The position numbers were made by a program, and so were the translations under genes. The notes under the pieces are model-generated. The model searched no databases and was not told where the DNA came from. It saw only the letters and a program-made list of their open reading frames with translations. DNA of 64,000 bases from the human T2T-CHM13v2.0 reference genome, Homo sapiens, in the NCBI RefSeq assembly GCF_009914755.1, contig NC_060947.1. One strand, 5' to 3'. Below, piece after piece: positions 42,548 to 56,616 of this stretch (positions are counted from its first letter, which is position 1; every line of letters begins with the position of its first letter).

Positions 42548-42837
42548 TTAATAGAGTAAAATTCCATTAAATGGTAGAGAATAGTAAGCTTAACTAACAC
42601 CTAGAATCTTCAACTTTGTTTGAGAAAATTGGGTGATTCATTTAAAATTAACCTGGAATCTAATCTTATTTCCTAGTTGTCAGTCGCTATTTCAGTTCTT
42701 ACATAAAATGTGAAGGTAACCAAAGAGTCTAGTTAGTTCATCTAAAAAAAGAAGTGTTATCATATTCCTATTCAGTGCTAATTTTTTCACTGAGATCCTA
42801 TGATATAACGTTTTGTAATCCATGCTATTTTTTTTAG

Positions 42838-42943
42838 TCCCACAGGATCACATGTTGAATGGTGTAAACAGCTTATAGCTGCTACAATTTCTAGTCAGAT
42901 TTCAGGTTCAGTGACATCAGAAAATGTGTCCAGAGATTACAAG
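42838..42943 (+). CDS. MTMR1: MTMR1 exon 2 (106 nt)
   Basis: tttttttag|TCCCACA...TACAAG|gtaagc; (S)PTGSHVEWCKQLIAATISSQISGSVTSENVSRDYK, in phase with exon 1. Confidence 0.96.
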
Positions 42944-45241
42944 GTAAGCAACATTGAGTGTTTAATTCATTTTCAGTATGCTAAGTAGCCAAGAAGCTTT
43001 GCAGTTTTAATTCAAGTGAGCTGTTGGCCTTTTGATGCAACATGGCCATTTGCTCGAGAATAAGGATGAAAGGTTCTCTGTTGTTAGATCTGAAATGTAG
43101 AAGAGAAATTTTACCAGTATCCAGTACATGTAGTCATAGTTTTGTAATTGAAAGGAGAAGCTGTCTTTAGGTGACAATGATTCTTTTAAAAATCAAGTTC
43201 CATTTTATAATAATAAATGCATATAGCTTCTTTGTTAGTATTGTGAGTTTCAGGAAATATCTTGATGTACAATACTTCCCTAACTTCACAATTTTTTAAT
43301 TTATGTATTATCTGTGAGTATTCAGCATTAACATGTGATACTAGAATGTATAAAAACCCTTCCAGAATCTCAAAAGAGTATTGTATGGGCAGCCTCATTT
43401 TTCAGTCCTTACTGAAGTGAAAATCTCTTTTTGTTCATTTTAAAAGTTAGATTCCCTGCTTATTCTAAATTTAAGTGATAAGCTCCTTGTCAGCAGAGAC
43501 TAGGGCAGTTTTACCACTGGCTTCCCAGGCACAATCCTGGAGCATAACAGTTGCTCAATAAATATTGAATCAATTAACAAATCAAAAAAATCGCTTGTTC
43601 CATCTTTGTTAAGGCTAAAGACTAACTTTGTTTTAATGTCAATAAACTATTAATAGGTATATTAAATGAAATCACATTTATATTTCAGTACTGATGTTTG
43701 CCTAAGTTGAGGTTTCTGTTTATTAGTGGTCATTTTTCCTGCTAGTAAGAGATGATTGATTTTTCACAAGTGTGTGTAAAATGCATTTGGTATCCCAGAC
43801 TACCATTAGTTAATAGTCTCTCAATATCATGGTCCTTGCCAGACATCAAATCTTACAAATATCAAGAATTACAGTAAAGATCCTAATTAATTCTTAATAG
43901 GTACTCCTTGTTTAGGAGCTTTATCTTCAGTTCCTCTTTAGAGCTCATAGGGTAATAACAAGTGCAGAAACAGGCTCAGGAGGCCAATTAATTGAGATTT
44001 GGCTATGGTGCTGTCTCTTGCCTCATCCAAACTGGCAGATGCTGTTGATTATGCCTACCAAAGGAAGGCATAGCTGTGGATTAGCAGAAATTGGATAATC
44101 TGCCCAGCTAGAAGAGTGACAGTGTATTTCTTAATCATTTTTCCTGCTATGTGGTGTTCATGTTTGCCCATAAAAGAGCAGCTGGGGCTCCTGGACCTTA
44201 AAACCTGGTCGGGCAAACACACTGTCTCCAGGTGGGAGAAGCATTTGCTGCATCACTGATGCGTGAATGGCTGGTCACTGAGCAGCTGCGGATCGCATCA
44301 GTTCCAGTTGCCCTATTGCCTGCACCTTAGCTGAGAAACTGCCCGCTGAGTAGAGAGACTTAAGAACCCATTTTAGCAGAGAATAGCTCTCACACTTCGG
44401 GGTGATTTTCTTTATGGACAATTATGAGTTAACTGTAATGTTTTCATTAAGGTTGAATAGTTGTTAGTGTTGTGTGTGTCCTATAAAAGATTGAATGTCG
44501 ACTGTGTGCATAGCTTTCTAACATTGCATGAATAGATCAGACTGAATCTGTACTTTAACATGAAGCAACTAAGTTTTTTCAATCTCAGTCTATTTACAAA
44601 TTTTGTGTAGCTGAATTAGCTCATGTTGGAATGGTTGAACAGATGGTATTCAGAAAAAATAAGGCTTGCTTTCTTTTGGAAATTAAATTTTAAGTTCCTA
44701 CATCAGATCATAGCTAAAGTCTTTGATGAATTATTGTAAGGGGGCATGTTTTATAATTGTCTTTGTTATATTTGCCCTGCAGCCAAATCTGAAAAGTTGG
44801 TGTTAAATTTATAACTCAGGGGTTGTTACACTTTCTTCAAGGAGAGTTTTTTTTTTTACATAATAAATACATAAAATATTTCTAAACCACAAGGATAATT
44901 GTACATGTTCCCTATAAAGTAGTTCTTAAAATCAGGGTAACCAAAATGGGCCTTTGGGACCCCTCTGGCATGGGAGCTATTGCATGGGGTTGACCCTGAA
45001 GAGCCAGATAAAGTTCCTTGAGGATTTAAGTTGCAGTCATCAGCTGATATTTGAAATTATCTGTTGTGTAAATGTCTTATTTGAAATACACACTTAATTT
45101 GGGGGCTAATTTATTATAGATTAAACTCAACATCAGTAATTAAATGGGAGCAGATGTTTATGTGGAGCAGAATGCTTGGCATCTTATTTGAAATGCTGAT
45201 TGTCTTCTGAGTTGTAACAGGCTGTCGAGAATGGTTCTATG

Positions 45242-45265
45242 TCATCATCATCATCATCATCATCA
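45242..45265 (+). repeat. (TCA)8 microsatellite
   Basis: tcatcatcatcatcatcatcatca. Confidence 0.9.
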
Positions 45266-45346
45266 ACCCTCTAACACATACAGGCTCTGGGGTTTTGTAA
45301 TGCTTTTTGACATGTCATCCATTTAAGCCTTAAAACAACCTAGTGA

Positions 45347-45507
45347 ATCTGGGTGTGGTGGTCTGTAGTCTCAGCTACTTGGAAGGCTAAGATGGGAGGA
45401 TCACTTGAGTCCAGGAGTTCAAGGCTGCAGTGTGCTGTGGTCACACTTGTGAAAAGCCAATGCACTCTAGCCTAGACAACATAGAGAGATCTTGCTTCTT
45501 TAAAAAA
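45347..45507 (+). mobile_element. FAM-like fossil Alu monomer
   Basis: Monomer retaining the cttgtgaaaagccaatgcactc segment characteristic of FAM. Confidence 0.7.
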
Positions 45508-45694
45508 GTCCATTGAGGTAGCTATTACTACAATCATCATTTAATGGATGAGGAAACCGAGGCCTAGAGAGATGAAATGACTTGCTTAGGGTCATACAGT
45601 TAGACTTGGGATTTGAACTCAAGTCATCCTATTGAAAAGCTAGAGTGATTTTAAGATTTTGTCCCACCCCCATTCCCATCCACTGCTTTTCGAT

Positions 45695-45865
45695 CTTTTT
45701 TTTTCTTCTTTTTCTTCTTCTTCTTTCTTTCTTTTTTTTTTTTTTTATAGAGATGGGGTCTTACTACGTTTCCCAGGCTGGTCTTGAACTCCTGGGCTCG
45801 AGCGATCCTCCCATCTCGGCCTCCCAAAATGCTGGGATTAGAGGTGTGAGCCACCATACCCAGCC
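45695..45865 (-). mobile_element. FLAM-like Alu left monomer
   Basis: Antisense left-arm monomer with T/CTT-rich tail. Confidence 0.8.
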
Positions 45866-47639
45866 TCATCCACTGTTTTTCAAAATGTGACCCTTGGGTC
45901 TTCCCAAGACAGCATTCTCTGGAGCACCTGTAAAAATGCAGCTTCCCGGGCTCCATCCCAGATTTACTGAATCAGAGTGTCTGAGGGAGGGAAACAAGTG
46001 TCTCATATATTTCTTATGCATGATAAAATCTGAAAACCTAGGCTTCCTGAGTTTCTGTCTGTTGAAATTGGTGATGGGACCCTGCATTTCTGGTATATTA
46101 CTAAGAATCTGAATAATTAGCAACTCAGATATTGGAGAATAATTATTTTATTATTTACTCATATCATAAATTGTCAGTCAGCCCAGGGTCAGCTCATCTA
46201 AAGTACAGTAAGAATATCGCTGGTATCACGTGACATGAGTTTAGATGGTATGTCCATGGACGTATTTTAGTAGCTATGTAATTATTTTCTTGTGTATTAG
46301 AAAAATCAGCACATCAGGCTTGTGATTTAGTAGATGTTATGGCTTAGAGCAGGCAAAGTATTAAAAAGGAATGGATTTTAAATCAATATAAAGATAAATA
46401 CAAAATTAGTATGGGCAGTTGGCAGATACAGCAAGCCAAACTTGTTGAGGTGGTATGTGAAATGGCAAGTTTGGCAAGCATTGTCCCAGCTGAAAGAGTA
46501 GATAGCTATTATACTGAATTGTGTGGCAGCTAAATTAATAAATGCCTGATTTAATACCGAGTCATCCTGAAGATTGGCCTGTTAATTAAGACTATTACAC
46601 AAAATGTAATAAAATATTTGTTTTGCTTGTCCCCCCTCCACTACCAACTCAATTGCTTTCATTTTTACTAGGCTAACAAATGGTAAAAAATTTCTCTTGA
46701 ATTTGCCAGAAATTTTAAGAACAAAATTTGAATGTAATCTTCTGTAGATTAGATGAAATAATACAGTTACAAATGGAAACATTTTTAGGAACTATTAGTA
46801 GAAGTGACATCATTGATCACAGCTTCCATTGTTTGGAAAGTAGGACTAGGTTATGAAAAGAGAACATGATGGAGTAGTACAAACAATATTGGTTAGCTTG
46901 TGACCTTGTATAGTCTCTGAGGCTCAGTTTCCTTTTCTGGAAGGATAAAGGGGCTTGGATTAGATTATTCACCTCTAAATGCCTTTCTTGCTAGAACATT
47001 ATTCAATTGTGTTCAAAAGAATTTGATCTGGGCCAGCTTTATGAAAATTAGGACACTATAGTTTTAATGTGATCATCTTCCTTCCTCTTGCTTCATCATT
47101 ATCATCAGCTCTTCTCTGTTCTCCTTCCCTCACCCACACACACACAGTAGCTGTATCTCTTCTCTAAACATTCTGAAGAAAAATGAGAAAATGGAGATGG
47201 CCTTATACTAAGTTTAATCATTGGATGGGATAGTACAGTAATTACATTTGGAGGGAAGTCGAAGGCAGAGTATAGGAAAGACTTCATTATGCTTGAGCTG
47301 GGTCTTGGTTAACATTTCTTAAATTGGGCCCTAGTCTATGAAAAGGGAAGCTTTAGCATGAACCTTCAAAATCTACTTCTGTAATCTATAGCCTGGCCTT
47401 GTGACTTATAAATCAGAGCTTGCAAACTCAGATGCCTTCATGGAACAGTTCACAAATCTAGGCAGACATGGAAGAGTGCTGTAGAGAACTGGAGAGTACA
47501 GAATGCCCACCTAACAGCAATTAAATTTTTTTTAAAAACCATAGGCCTCCAGTTTTGTAACCACTGTAATAGATAGAAGAGTGCTATCCTATCATGGTTT
47601 TTGTGGGAAATAATTATTTCTTAAAAATGTTAAGATTTA

Positions 47640-50600
47640 GACTTCTGTTTCTGGAAAAAATGGAGCAAATGTATTTTCTCTTATTCTTCGTACTAAGTAC
47701 AACTAAAAACCTTGGACATTATCTGCAAAATAAACATAAGAATACTCTGAAAGGTAGAAAAGGCAGACTAGCTAGGGACCTCAAGACCCAAGGAATGACA
47801 TGGTTGTGAGTTTCCTGGGTTTGTTTTTGCCACGTATGTCCCAGACTCATTGCTGAAGAAACCAGTGAGTCAGAAATGCCAACAGGCGCAGATAAGAAAA
47901 GCCTACTCTGTCTAGCCAGAGGACCAGGAAAGGGGCACCTAGCAAAAAGAAAACACACTAACTACTCTACTCCAGCCAAACACCACAGAAAAAAATTATG
48001 ACCCCACACCCACCCCACCAACAAAGCCAGTTGGGAGAGCCTGGTTTCCACCCTTGCCAGGCTATAATGAGGCATACCAACTCCCTGCAGTGGTGGTGGT
48101 GTCAGGGGAGACTGAGTGAAGAGTCATGACTTTCACTGTCATCTATTGGTAGGCAGGTTGCCCCTTCTACTGTGGTGTCAGTAGAGGCCGTATCAAGGGC
48201 AACAATGAGGCACCCCTTTTTCTCTCAGCCAGGGAGGTTTCTGTGGAAGCCTAGCTGGGAGCTAGAACTCTCACCCTTGCTCAGCAGTAACGAGGAGCCC
48301 TCCACTCTGCAGTGTCAGTGGAGGCTGAGTACGGAACCTGGACTCCTACCCCTACCTAGAAGTAATGAAGTAGTGCTCCTCTTCTGTTGGAGCAGTGTCA
48401 GAGAAAGCCAGCTTAAACAAAGGGTTTGAATAAGATCCAGGGTCTTAAAACATAATGCCCCAAATGTGCAGATTTTAATGAAAAATCACTTGTTATACTA
48501 AGAATGAGGAAGATCTCAAACTGAATGAAAAAAGAGAATCAAATCAACAGATGTCAAAACTGAGATGATAGAGATGTTAGATTTTAAAGAAGTCCTCATA
48601 AAATTGCTTCAATAAGCAATTGCAGGTATGCTTGAAACAAACAATGAAAAAAAAAAATAGAGAAGTTTCCACAAAGAAATGTAAGAGACAAAGAAGAACC
48701 AGATGGAAATTTTAAAACTAGAAAATACAATAAATGAAATAAACTCAAAGGATAGGTTCAACACCATAATAGAGAGGACAGACAAAAAGAATCTGTGAAC
48801 TTGAAAATTGAACAATAGGAATGACCCAATTTGAATAACAGAGATAAATGAACAGAGCCTCAGGGAATTGTGGGAGTATAACAAAAGATCTAACACTGAT
48901 GTCGTCAAAGTCCCAAAGGAGAGAGAGGGGATGGGGCTGAAAAAGCACCTGAAGAAGTAATGGCTGGAAGCTCCCCAAATTTGGCAAAACACATAAGCCT
49001 ACAGATTCAAGAAGCTGAGTGAATCCCAAATGAGAGAAATCCCTTCAAATTCACACAAAGACACATTATAGTCAAATTTCTGAAAACTGAAAACAAAGAA
49101 AAAAATATTGAAAGTAGGAAGAGAAATAACACTTTACCTATAAGGAAAATTAATTCTAATGACAGTGGATTTCTCATCAGAAACCATGAAGGTCAGAAGG
49201 AAGTGGCACAACATTTTCCAAGTGCTGAAAGAAAAAAATCAACCATGTAAAAATATGCTACAGGAATGAAGAGGAAATCAAGACATTTTCAGATGAAGGA
49301 AAACTGGAAGAGAAGTTGTCACTAGCATACCTATCCTAAAAGAATGGCTAAAGAAAGTTCTCTGAACAGAAAGGAAGCAATAAAAGGAGGAATCCTGAGA
49401 CCCCAGGAAGGAAGAGAGAACACAGTAAGCAAAAAAACCTCCTAAATCTAATAAGTGAGTTTAGTGAGGTCACAGGATACAAGACAATATAGATATAAGA
49501 TTAATATACAAAAGTGAGTTGCATTTCTATGTACTAGCAACACGTGGGGACCAAAATTAAAAACACAGTGCCATTGACATTAGTATTGTAACAATGAAAT
49601 ACTTAGGTATTGTCTTAGTCCGTTTGCTGCTGCTGTGACAGAATGCCACAGACTGGGTAATTTATAAAGGAAATAAATTTTTTACTTTCAGTTCTAGAGG
49701 CTGGGAAGTCCAAGTTTGAGGGGTGAGCATCTGGTCAGGGCCTTCCTGCTGCATCATGACATGGCAGGAGACATCACATGGCAAGATAGAGCAAACCTGC
49801 TAGCTCAGATCCGTCTTCCTATAAAGTCACCAGTCCCATCATGGAAGCCCTACCCTGATGACCATATCTAATCCCAATTACGTTCCAAAGGCCTTACCTT
49901 CAGGCAACATGAATCTGGGGATTCAGTTTCCAATACATGAAATTTAGGGGACATGTTCAAACCCCTACAGTGGCTGTACCATTTTACATTCCCTCCAACA
50001 GTACACAGAGGTTCTGATTTCTTGATGTTCTTGCCAACAGTTGTTATTTGTGATGTTTGTGGTTTTTGTTGTTGCTGTTGAGACGTAGGAGTTTTTTAAT
50101 ATGTTCTGGGTATTAATACCTTGCCAGAGATGTGATTTGCAAATATTTTCTTATGAAATTTTGGGGATGTATTCCAACCATAGCAAGTATAAATCTAATA
50201 AGACATGAACAGGACTCATAAGCTGAAAACTATCAAATATTGATTAAAGAAATCAAAGAAGATCTAAATTAATGGAGACACACAGTGTTGTTCATGTATT
50301 TGGATGATTCAATATAGGGAAGATGTCACTTCTCCCCTAATTGATATACACATTTAGCACAATTCCTATCAAAATCCCAGAAAGATTTTTTGTAGATACA
50401 GATTTAAAACTTATATGGAAAGGCAAAGGAACTGAAGTAGCTGAAACAATTTTGAAGAATAAAGTGGGAAGAATCAGTCTAAATGACTTCAAGACATGCT
50501 GCATAGCTACAGTAATCAAGACTATGGCAGAGGTACAGACACATAGATCAGTGGAACAGAGCAGAGAACCTAGAAGTCATCCCACAGAAATATGCTCAGC

Positions 50601-51958
50601 CGATTTTTTTTTTCCACCAAGACATGAAAACAATTTAATGGTTGAAAGATAGGCTTTTCAACAAATACTGCTGGAGTAATTGGACATCTATAGACAAAAA
50701 AACAAAACAAAACAAAACAAAACCTTGATCTAAGTCTCACATCTTATACAAAAATTAACTCAAAATGAATCACAAACTTAAAAATATAAAACTTTTACAG
50801 AAAAAAGAAAATCTTAAGGATCTGGGGCTAGGTAAATCATTCTTCTTAAACTTTACACCAAAAGCACAATCCATAAAAGGAAAAAATTGATCAAAATTTA
50901 AAATCTTTTGCTCTGTGAAAGACTCTGAGAAGATGAAAAGACAAGCTACAAAGTGGAAGAAAATATTTGCACACCTCATATCTGACAGATGACTAGTATT
51001 TAGAATATATAAGGAATATTTGAAACTCGACAGTAAAAACATCAAACCATCCAATTAGAAAATGAGCAAAAAACATGAGGCATCTCAACAAAGAAGATAT
51101 ACACATGGCAGGTAAGCACGTGAAAAGACGTTCAACATCATTTCTCAATAGGGGAATATAAATTAAAGTCACAGTGAGATATCGCTATATCCTATTGGAA
51201 TGGTTAGAAATTTTTAAAAAGTGACAACACCAAATGTGGAGAACCAGATTATTCACTGATTGCTGATGGGAATATAAAATGGTACAGCCACTCTGGAAAC
51301 ACAGTCTGGCAGTTTCTTAAAAATGAAATGTGCACCTGCCATATGACCAAACAATTGTACTCCTGGGCATTTGTCCAAGAGAAATTAAATCTTATGTTTG
51401 CATAAAAACCTGTACCTGAATGTTTTTAACAGTTTTATTCATAATCACCGAAAACTGGAACCCACCCAGATGTTCTTCATCAGGTATATTGTTAAACAAA
51501 TTGTAGTATATCCATGCTATGGACTATATTACTCAACAATAAAAAGAAATAATGATACACACAGGCAACTTGGATGAATCTTAAAGGAATTACGTGAGTA
51601 AAAAAATGGCAGTACCAAAAGGTTACATACTGTATGACTTCATTTATATGACATTCTTCAAATGGCAAAATGATAGAAATAAAGACAGATGAGTGGTTGC
51701 CAGGGGCCAAGAAGAGAGGAAAGCAGGGAGGGAGTAAGATGTGGCTATAAAAGGTCAACAGTAGAGTTCATTGTAGTGATGAAATTTTTCTGCATCTTGA
51801 TTGTAATCAATGCCAATATCCTGGTTCTGATATTGTACTATAGTTTTGTAATATGCTACGACTGAGGGAATTGGGTGACTGGTACATGGAATCTGTATTA
51901 TTTCTCACAACTGCATGTGGTTCTACAATGATCCCAAAATTTAAAGTTTAATTTTAAA
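47640..51958 (+). mobile_element. Old L1M (L1MD/MC-like) element: 5' UTR, ORF1 remnant, internally deleted ORF2 and 3' end; interrupted by a MaLR LTR at about 49611-50185
   Basis: ORF1-like (gaacagagcctcagggaattgtggg; gatttctcatcagaaaccatgaagg), ORF2-like (FSTIPIKIPERFFVD) and L1M 3' UTR. Confidence 0.8.
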
Positions 51959-53152
51959 TAAGTCAAGATTTTTAGACTGCTGAATGATTCTATATTACAT
52001 GTAAAAATTTGTATCATTGTATTTATAACAACTGAAAAATATAGTTATACTAAAAAAGATGTTAGAAGTTAACTATTGTGTTTCTTATGTTAGATTTATG
52101 TAACAACTGAAATATATAGTTATATTTCAGTTATATATATATAACTATTTAACAACTGAAAAATATACTAAAAAAGATGTTAGAAGTTAACTATTATGTT
52201 TCTTATAATAAATTTAGTTAACGACAAGATGATGCAGTATGCTTGCTTTCTTAAATAGATTAAGATCACTATCAACTTTTTTTGCACCTTCTCATAGGTT
52301 CTTGACATGTTTAGGAGTTGAGGGAGGGGATGTGGGGCATGTGAAAATAGTTGTGGCACAAGTTGGGGCAGCTGAGACTCATCAGCTGAAAAAGGTTACT
52401 TATCCACCCCAGGTACAATTATCTTAACTGATTTAACCCTGCCAACAATCTGCAAGGGAGGTGCTCTCGACATCTCCCATTTAGAGAAGAGGAGACTAAG
52501 ATTCCAAGGTGGGTGTGTGGTTCGCCTGAGGTCCTGTGGCCAGTAAGTAGGTGCTGGAGCTGGGATTTCACTCTGGAGTGTGTTCTTTTAACCACTATGC
52601 CGACTTACCTCCCTCAGCCTCAGTTTGGCCGATGTTTTCTTAAGTCTTCTAATGAGGCCTAGATACCCCGAATCCTTCGGAGTTGGGAACTGGTAGGGTC
52701 CTGGCAGTCATCCCATAGACTCCCCTCATTTTATGTGTCGAAACTGAGGCCCAGAATGCAGGCATTAGGAAGCTCTGTATCATCAGCAAGAGCTGGCTTC
52801 CAGGCCTCCTGGCTTACAACCTATTCTCCTACGGCTTCCATCAGAATCACATTTAAGAAGAAAATGAAGCTCTGTGCATGTGTCTGAAATGGCTTATTTC
52901 AGGAGAGGGACATGGTGAACCAGAGAAAACACAATAGGTATCAACTTAGAGACTTTTGGGTAAGCCTCCATTGACCTTCTCCCCTCCACCCCCATACCAG
53001 GAACACTGAGGATTTCATGGCAGTAAGTAAAGAATTATGTGAGTTTAAAAGCAGATTATCATCTCACCCCTTTGCACCCTTTTTCAAGTTAGTTTCTCGT
53101 TTTAGTGGCAAAGGCCTATTGACAAGGAGTTATAACTCCCATATATGAGGTT

Positions 53153-53553
53153 TGTGTTAGGCTGTTCTCACGTTGCTATAAAGAAATACCTGAGACTGGG
53201 TAATTTGTCAAGAAAAGAGGTTTACTGGGCTCACAGTTCTGCAGGTTTAACAGGAAGCATGGTGCTGGGATCTGTGTGGCTTCTGGGGAGGCCTCAGGAA
53301 GCTAACAGTCATGGTGGAAAGCAAAGGAGATGCTGACGTCTCACATGGCCAGAGTGGGAGCAAGGCAGCGGGAGGTGCCATACCCTCTTAAATAACCAGA
53401 TCTCAAAAGAATTAATTCACTAGCTCAAAGACAGCGCCCAGCCATGAGAGATCCACCCCCATGACGCAAACACCTCCTACCAAGCCCCACCTCCAACACT
53501 GGGGATTAGAATCCAACATGAGATTTAGAGGGGACAACGTCCAAACTATATCA
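53153..53553 (-). mobile_element. Solo MaLR LTR (MSTA/B-like)
   Basis: tgtgttaggctgttctc...gctataaagaaatacctgagactggg...caacatgagatttagaggggacaacgtccaaactatatca; flanks AGGTT/GGGTT. Confidence 0.85.
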
Positions 53554-53981
53554 GGGTTCAATTGCACAATTTGGTTCTGCAGTGGACAATATTTTCATAA
53601 AGATTTTGTTGTGAATGTTTTTAGTTTTCAGTTTTTACTATCAATTTATAGACAAAGCATCCAAACATTAATTGTAGTTACAGAATGGAGGTTGGGAGGT
53701 AGAGAGGTGGAGGAAGGGTTAGTGGTATTGATTTCTTCAAAAAACCTGAAGGGAGTTAAGAGATATTTAACATTTGAGGGGTCAAAATAGGTTTAGGGCT
53801 GTAGTTCAAATGGTTTAATGATAGAGGCGCCATGCTGAGGCAGTATAGCAGAGTTGTTATGGGCACAAATCCAGAGCCGGACTTCCAGGGTTTAACTGCT
53901 TGCTCTGCCACCTTGAACTCAGCCAGATTACTTAAACTGTGCCTTGGTTTTCTCATCAAAACATGGGGCCAGTTATAGGTG

Positions 53982-54306
53982 TTTTTTTCTGTTTTTGTTG
54001 TTTTGTTTTGTTTTGTTCTGTTTTTTTGAGACAGAGTCTGGCTCTCACCCAGGCTGGAGTGCAGTGTGTGATCTCGGCTCACTGCAACCTCTGCCTCCCA
54101 AGTTCAAGTGATTTTCCTGCCTCAGCCTCCCAAGTAGGTGGGATTACAGGCTCCTGCCACCAAGCCCGGCTAATGTTTTGTATTTTTAGTAGAGACGGGT
54201 TTCACCGTGTTGGTCAGGCTGGTTTCGAAATCCTGACCTCAAGTGATCCACTTGCCTCGGCCTCCCAAAGTGCTGGGATTACAGGCGTGAGCCACTGCGC
54301 CCGGCC
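53982..54306 (-). mobile_element. AluS element inserted in a MIR
   Basis: Antisense Alu dimer between MIR-like halves. Confidence 0.93.
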
Positions 54307-55987
54307 ATAATAGTTTTTATCTTATAAGGTTGTTCTGAGAATAAAATGAGTTAATACAGTGCTTAGAAGAGTATCTGAAACATAAAAATCATGAGTGTTT
54401 TTTATGATGCAGCAGCTGCTGAAGGAAAACAAAAGAACTCAAAATTAGCATTTCAATCAGCAGAGATTGGGAAGAGGGAGATAGTAGTTTGAGAGTTAAT
54501 TTTCTCATCTTTTAAAATGGGAGGTTAATAGACACTTTAAAGTTGACAAATCAAGAAATGGAAGCATAACTATCACAATGGAAGCAATTCTCAGAATTAA
54601 AAATAGATCTAGTTAAGTGTGGTTATTACTGGGGAATGAAGCTCTGGGAGACTTACTGTTTTGAGTTATTACCATAAACATATACTACTTTTATTTATTA
54701 TCAAATTTCTTGATGTGTAGTTAACAAATGATAAACCTCAAATATTTAAAATGTGCAATTTGATAAGCTTTGACAGAAATACACACATTTAAAGCCATCA
54801 CCACAGTTGAGGTAAACATATCCATCCTCCCAAAAAAAGACACATTTAAGCTTCTCAGTCTGAATAGTCTGTGTTTAGTAACTTATGTATAGACTTTGTC
54901 TTTTAGCTATATCATCACTTAATTCAGATACCTTTTAATGACTTCAAAGATTATTTTAATGATAATACAGTGATTTTTTTGAATCTGTATCATGCGATCT
55001 TATGCATTCTGAGTGAAACCATAAAACTAGTAAGAACCTCCAGTGATTCTTTTCTGATTATTTGTTTTCATAGGACATTCAGTGGTCAGAAGATAGGATT
55101 TCAGACTTTGAAATGGGGAACAGAGATGGTTAAAATCTTCCCAGGCTATTACAACTATTTGCTTTTTAAAAATTCTGGCCATTCCCTCTGACCAGGGCTT
55201 TCTGAGTGTGTATGCTGCATGTTCAATTAGGATTCACAGGCCTCAGGCACAACAAGAATATTGTTGCTAAAATCAGTGTCCCTGCTGAATAAAGCTGGGC
55301 TTTCCCTCCTCTCCGGGAACAGCCACTTACCTCTTCCCGCGTGGAGCCCCCCTTTGGCCATGCAGCTGGTGCTGGGGCGGGGAGCGGGCACCCTCCTCTC
55401 AGTAGTGGCCACATTGGAGTCCCCAGTATGAATTGGAAATGTAATTTCAATAGAAAGCAGGTTAAGCTTTGCAGGTAACTCAGCTTTATGATACCATCAA
55501 TGCAATATAGCTGAGCTGTGCTTGCTCTGGGTCCAAGGTGGGGATTTCTGTGGTTTTTTGGTTTTGTTTTCCTGGGCTGGTTTGGGCATATAACTGCCTT
55601 TTTTTTTTTTATCATTGGTTTTTGGGGAAAATGCATTCAGTATTCCAAATGGAAACTAATGAACTTTTTGAACACAGCCTGTTCACAATAACTTGTAATA
55701 GCACTTGACAGAAGGGGTTTGCGTTTAAGGTAATGTAGTTAGTCTTAGCCTAAGGGCAACATGTTTCTCCAAATCATAGACTTCCCTGAAAATTATAGGA
55801 CAAATGTGTTAGGATTGATCTGATATTGAATGAAACTTAGAGGGCAAATGTGTTATGATTGATCTTGTTGGTTTTACTTAGAGGATTATGATGTTTCTTA
55901 GGGAATAGGCTGTTGAACTTAATGGCATCTTTCACAGGTCAATAGTAACATGTCCATGATGATGATATTCTGTATTTTAACTAACAG

Positions 55988-56011
55988 GTTTTCAGGAGGC
56001 CTGATCTAAGG
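55988..56011 (+). CDS. MTMR1: MTMR1 alternative microexon 2.1 (24 nt, VFRRPDLR)
   Basis: aactaacag|GTTTTC...CTAAGG|gtaagg; phase 0-0; size matches the 8-aa MTMR1 alternative exon as remembered. Confidence 0.88.
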
Positions 56012-56589
56012 GTAAGGATATTTGGCTTTCAGCGGATGGGCCTCCTACTTGTGTGTGTCTGTGCTTTATCGAACACTTAGTCTATTTAGTGTTCTTTACC
56101 TTCTCACTGGTTTTTATGAATCACTCAGATCAATTTGCTCTGCTGTGTTATAGCTTTCAGTGTTCACTAGAAACGCTTTATTTGTTACAATGTTTTCATG
56201 TGCAATAAAAGCCAATGTGTGTGAGGGCGGGATGCTAAAATTGTTACCAGTGTGCAATACTGACTTTTGTTGTACTACATGAATTATGACCAAATGGATA
56301 TTCATGACTGGGGTTATAAGGCTGGGGCTACTGAGGTCTCTTTTAATCTTGTTTATTGTGTAATTCATGCTACAGAATTTAGCAACTAAAAAAAAAAAGG
56401 TTAGTTGGCTGTCCTATCTAAGTAAGATTTCAAGTCATGTTTGTGTTTGCATGTTGAATCCAAAAAAGCAGAAGTGCTAATCTTGAAGCTAAATTTAGCA
56501 AAATCAATCCCAGTTACTATTTTTTAAAATACAGATATAGTGGGTTACAGCTTATATTTTCCTCATGATTTTCCTTCCCTTTATTTCAG

Positions 56590-56616
56590 AACATTCATAA
56601 AGCAAGACAAAGATTG
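56590..56616 (+). CDS. MTMR1: MTMR1 alternative microexon 2.2 (27 nt, NIHKARQRL)
   Basis: ttccttccctttatttcag|AACATT...AGATTG|gtaatg; phase 0-0; TGCATG 7 nt downstream; size matches the remembered 9-aa exon. Confidence 0.8.
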
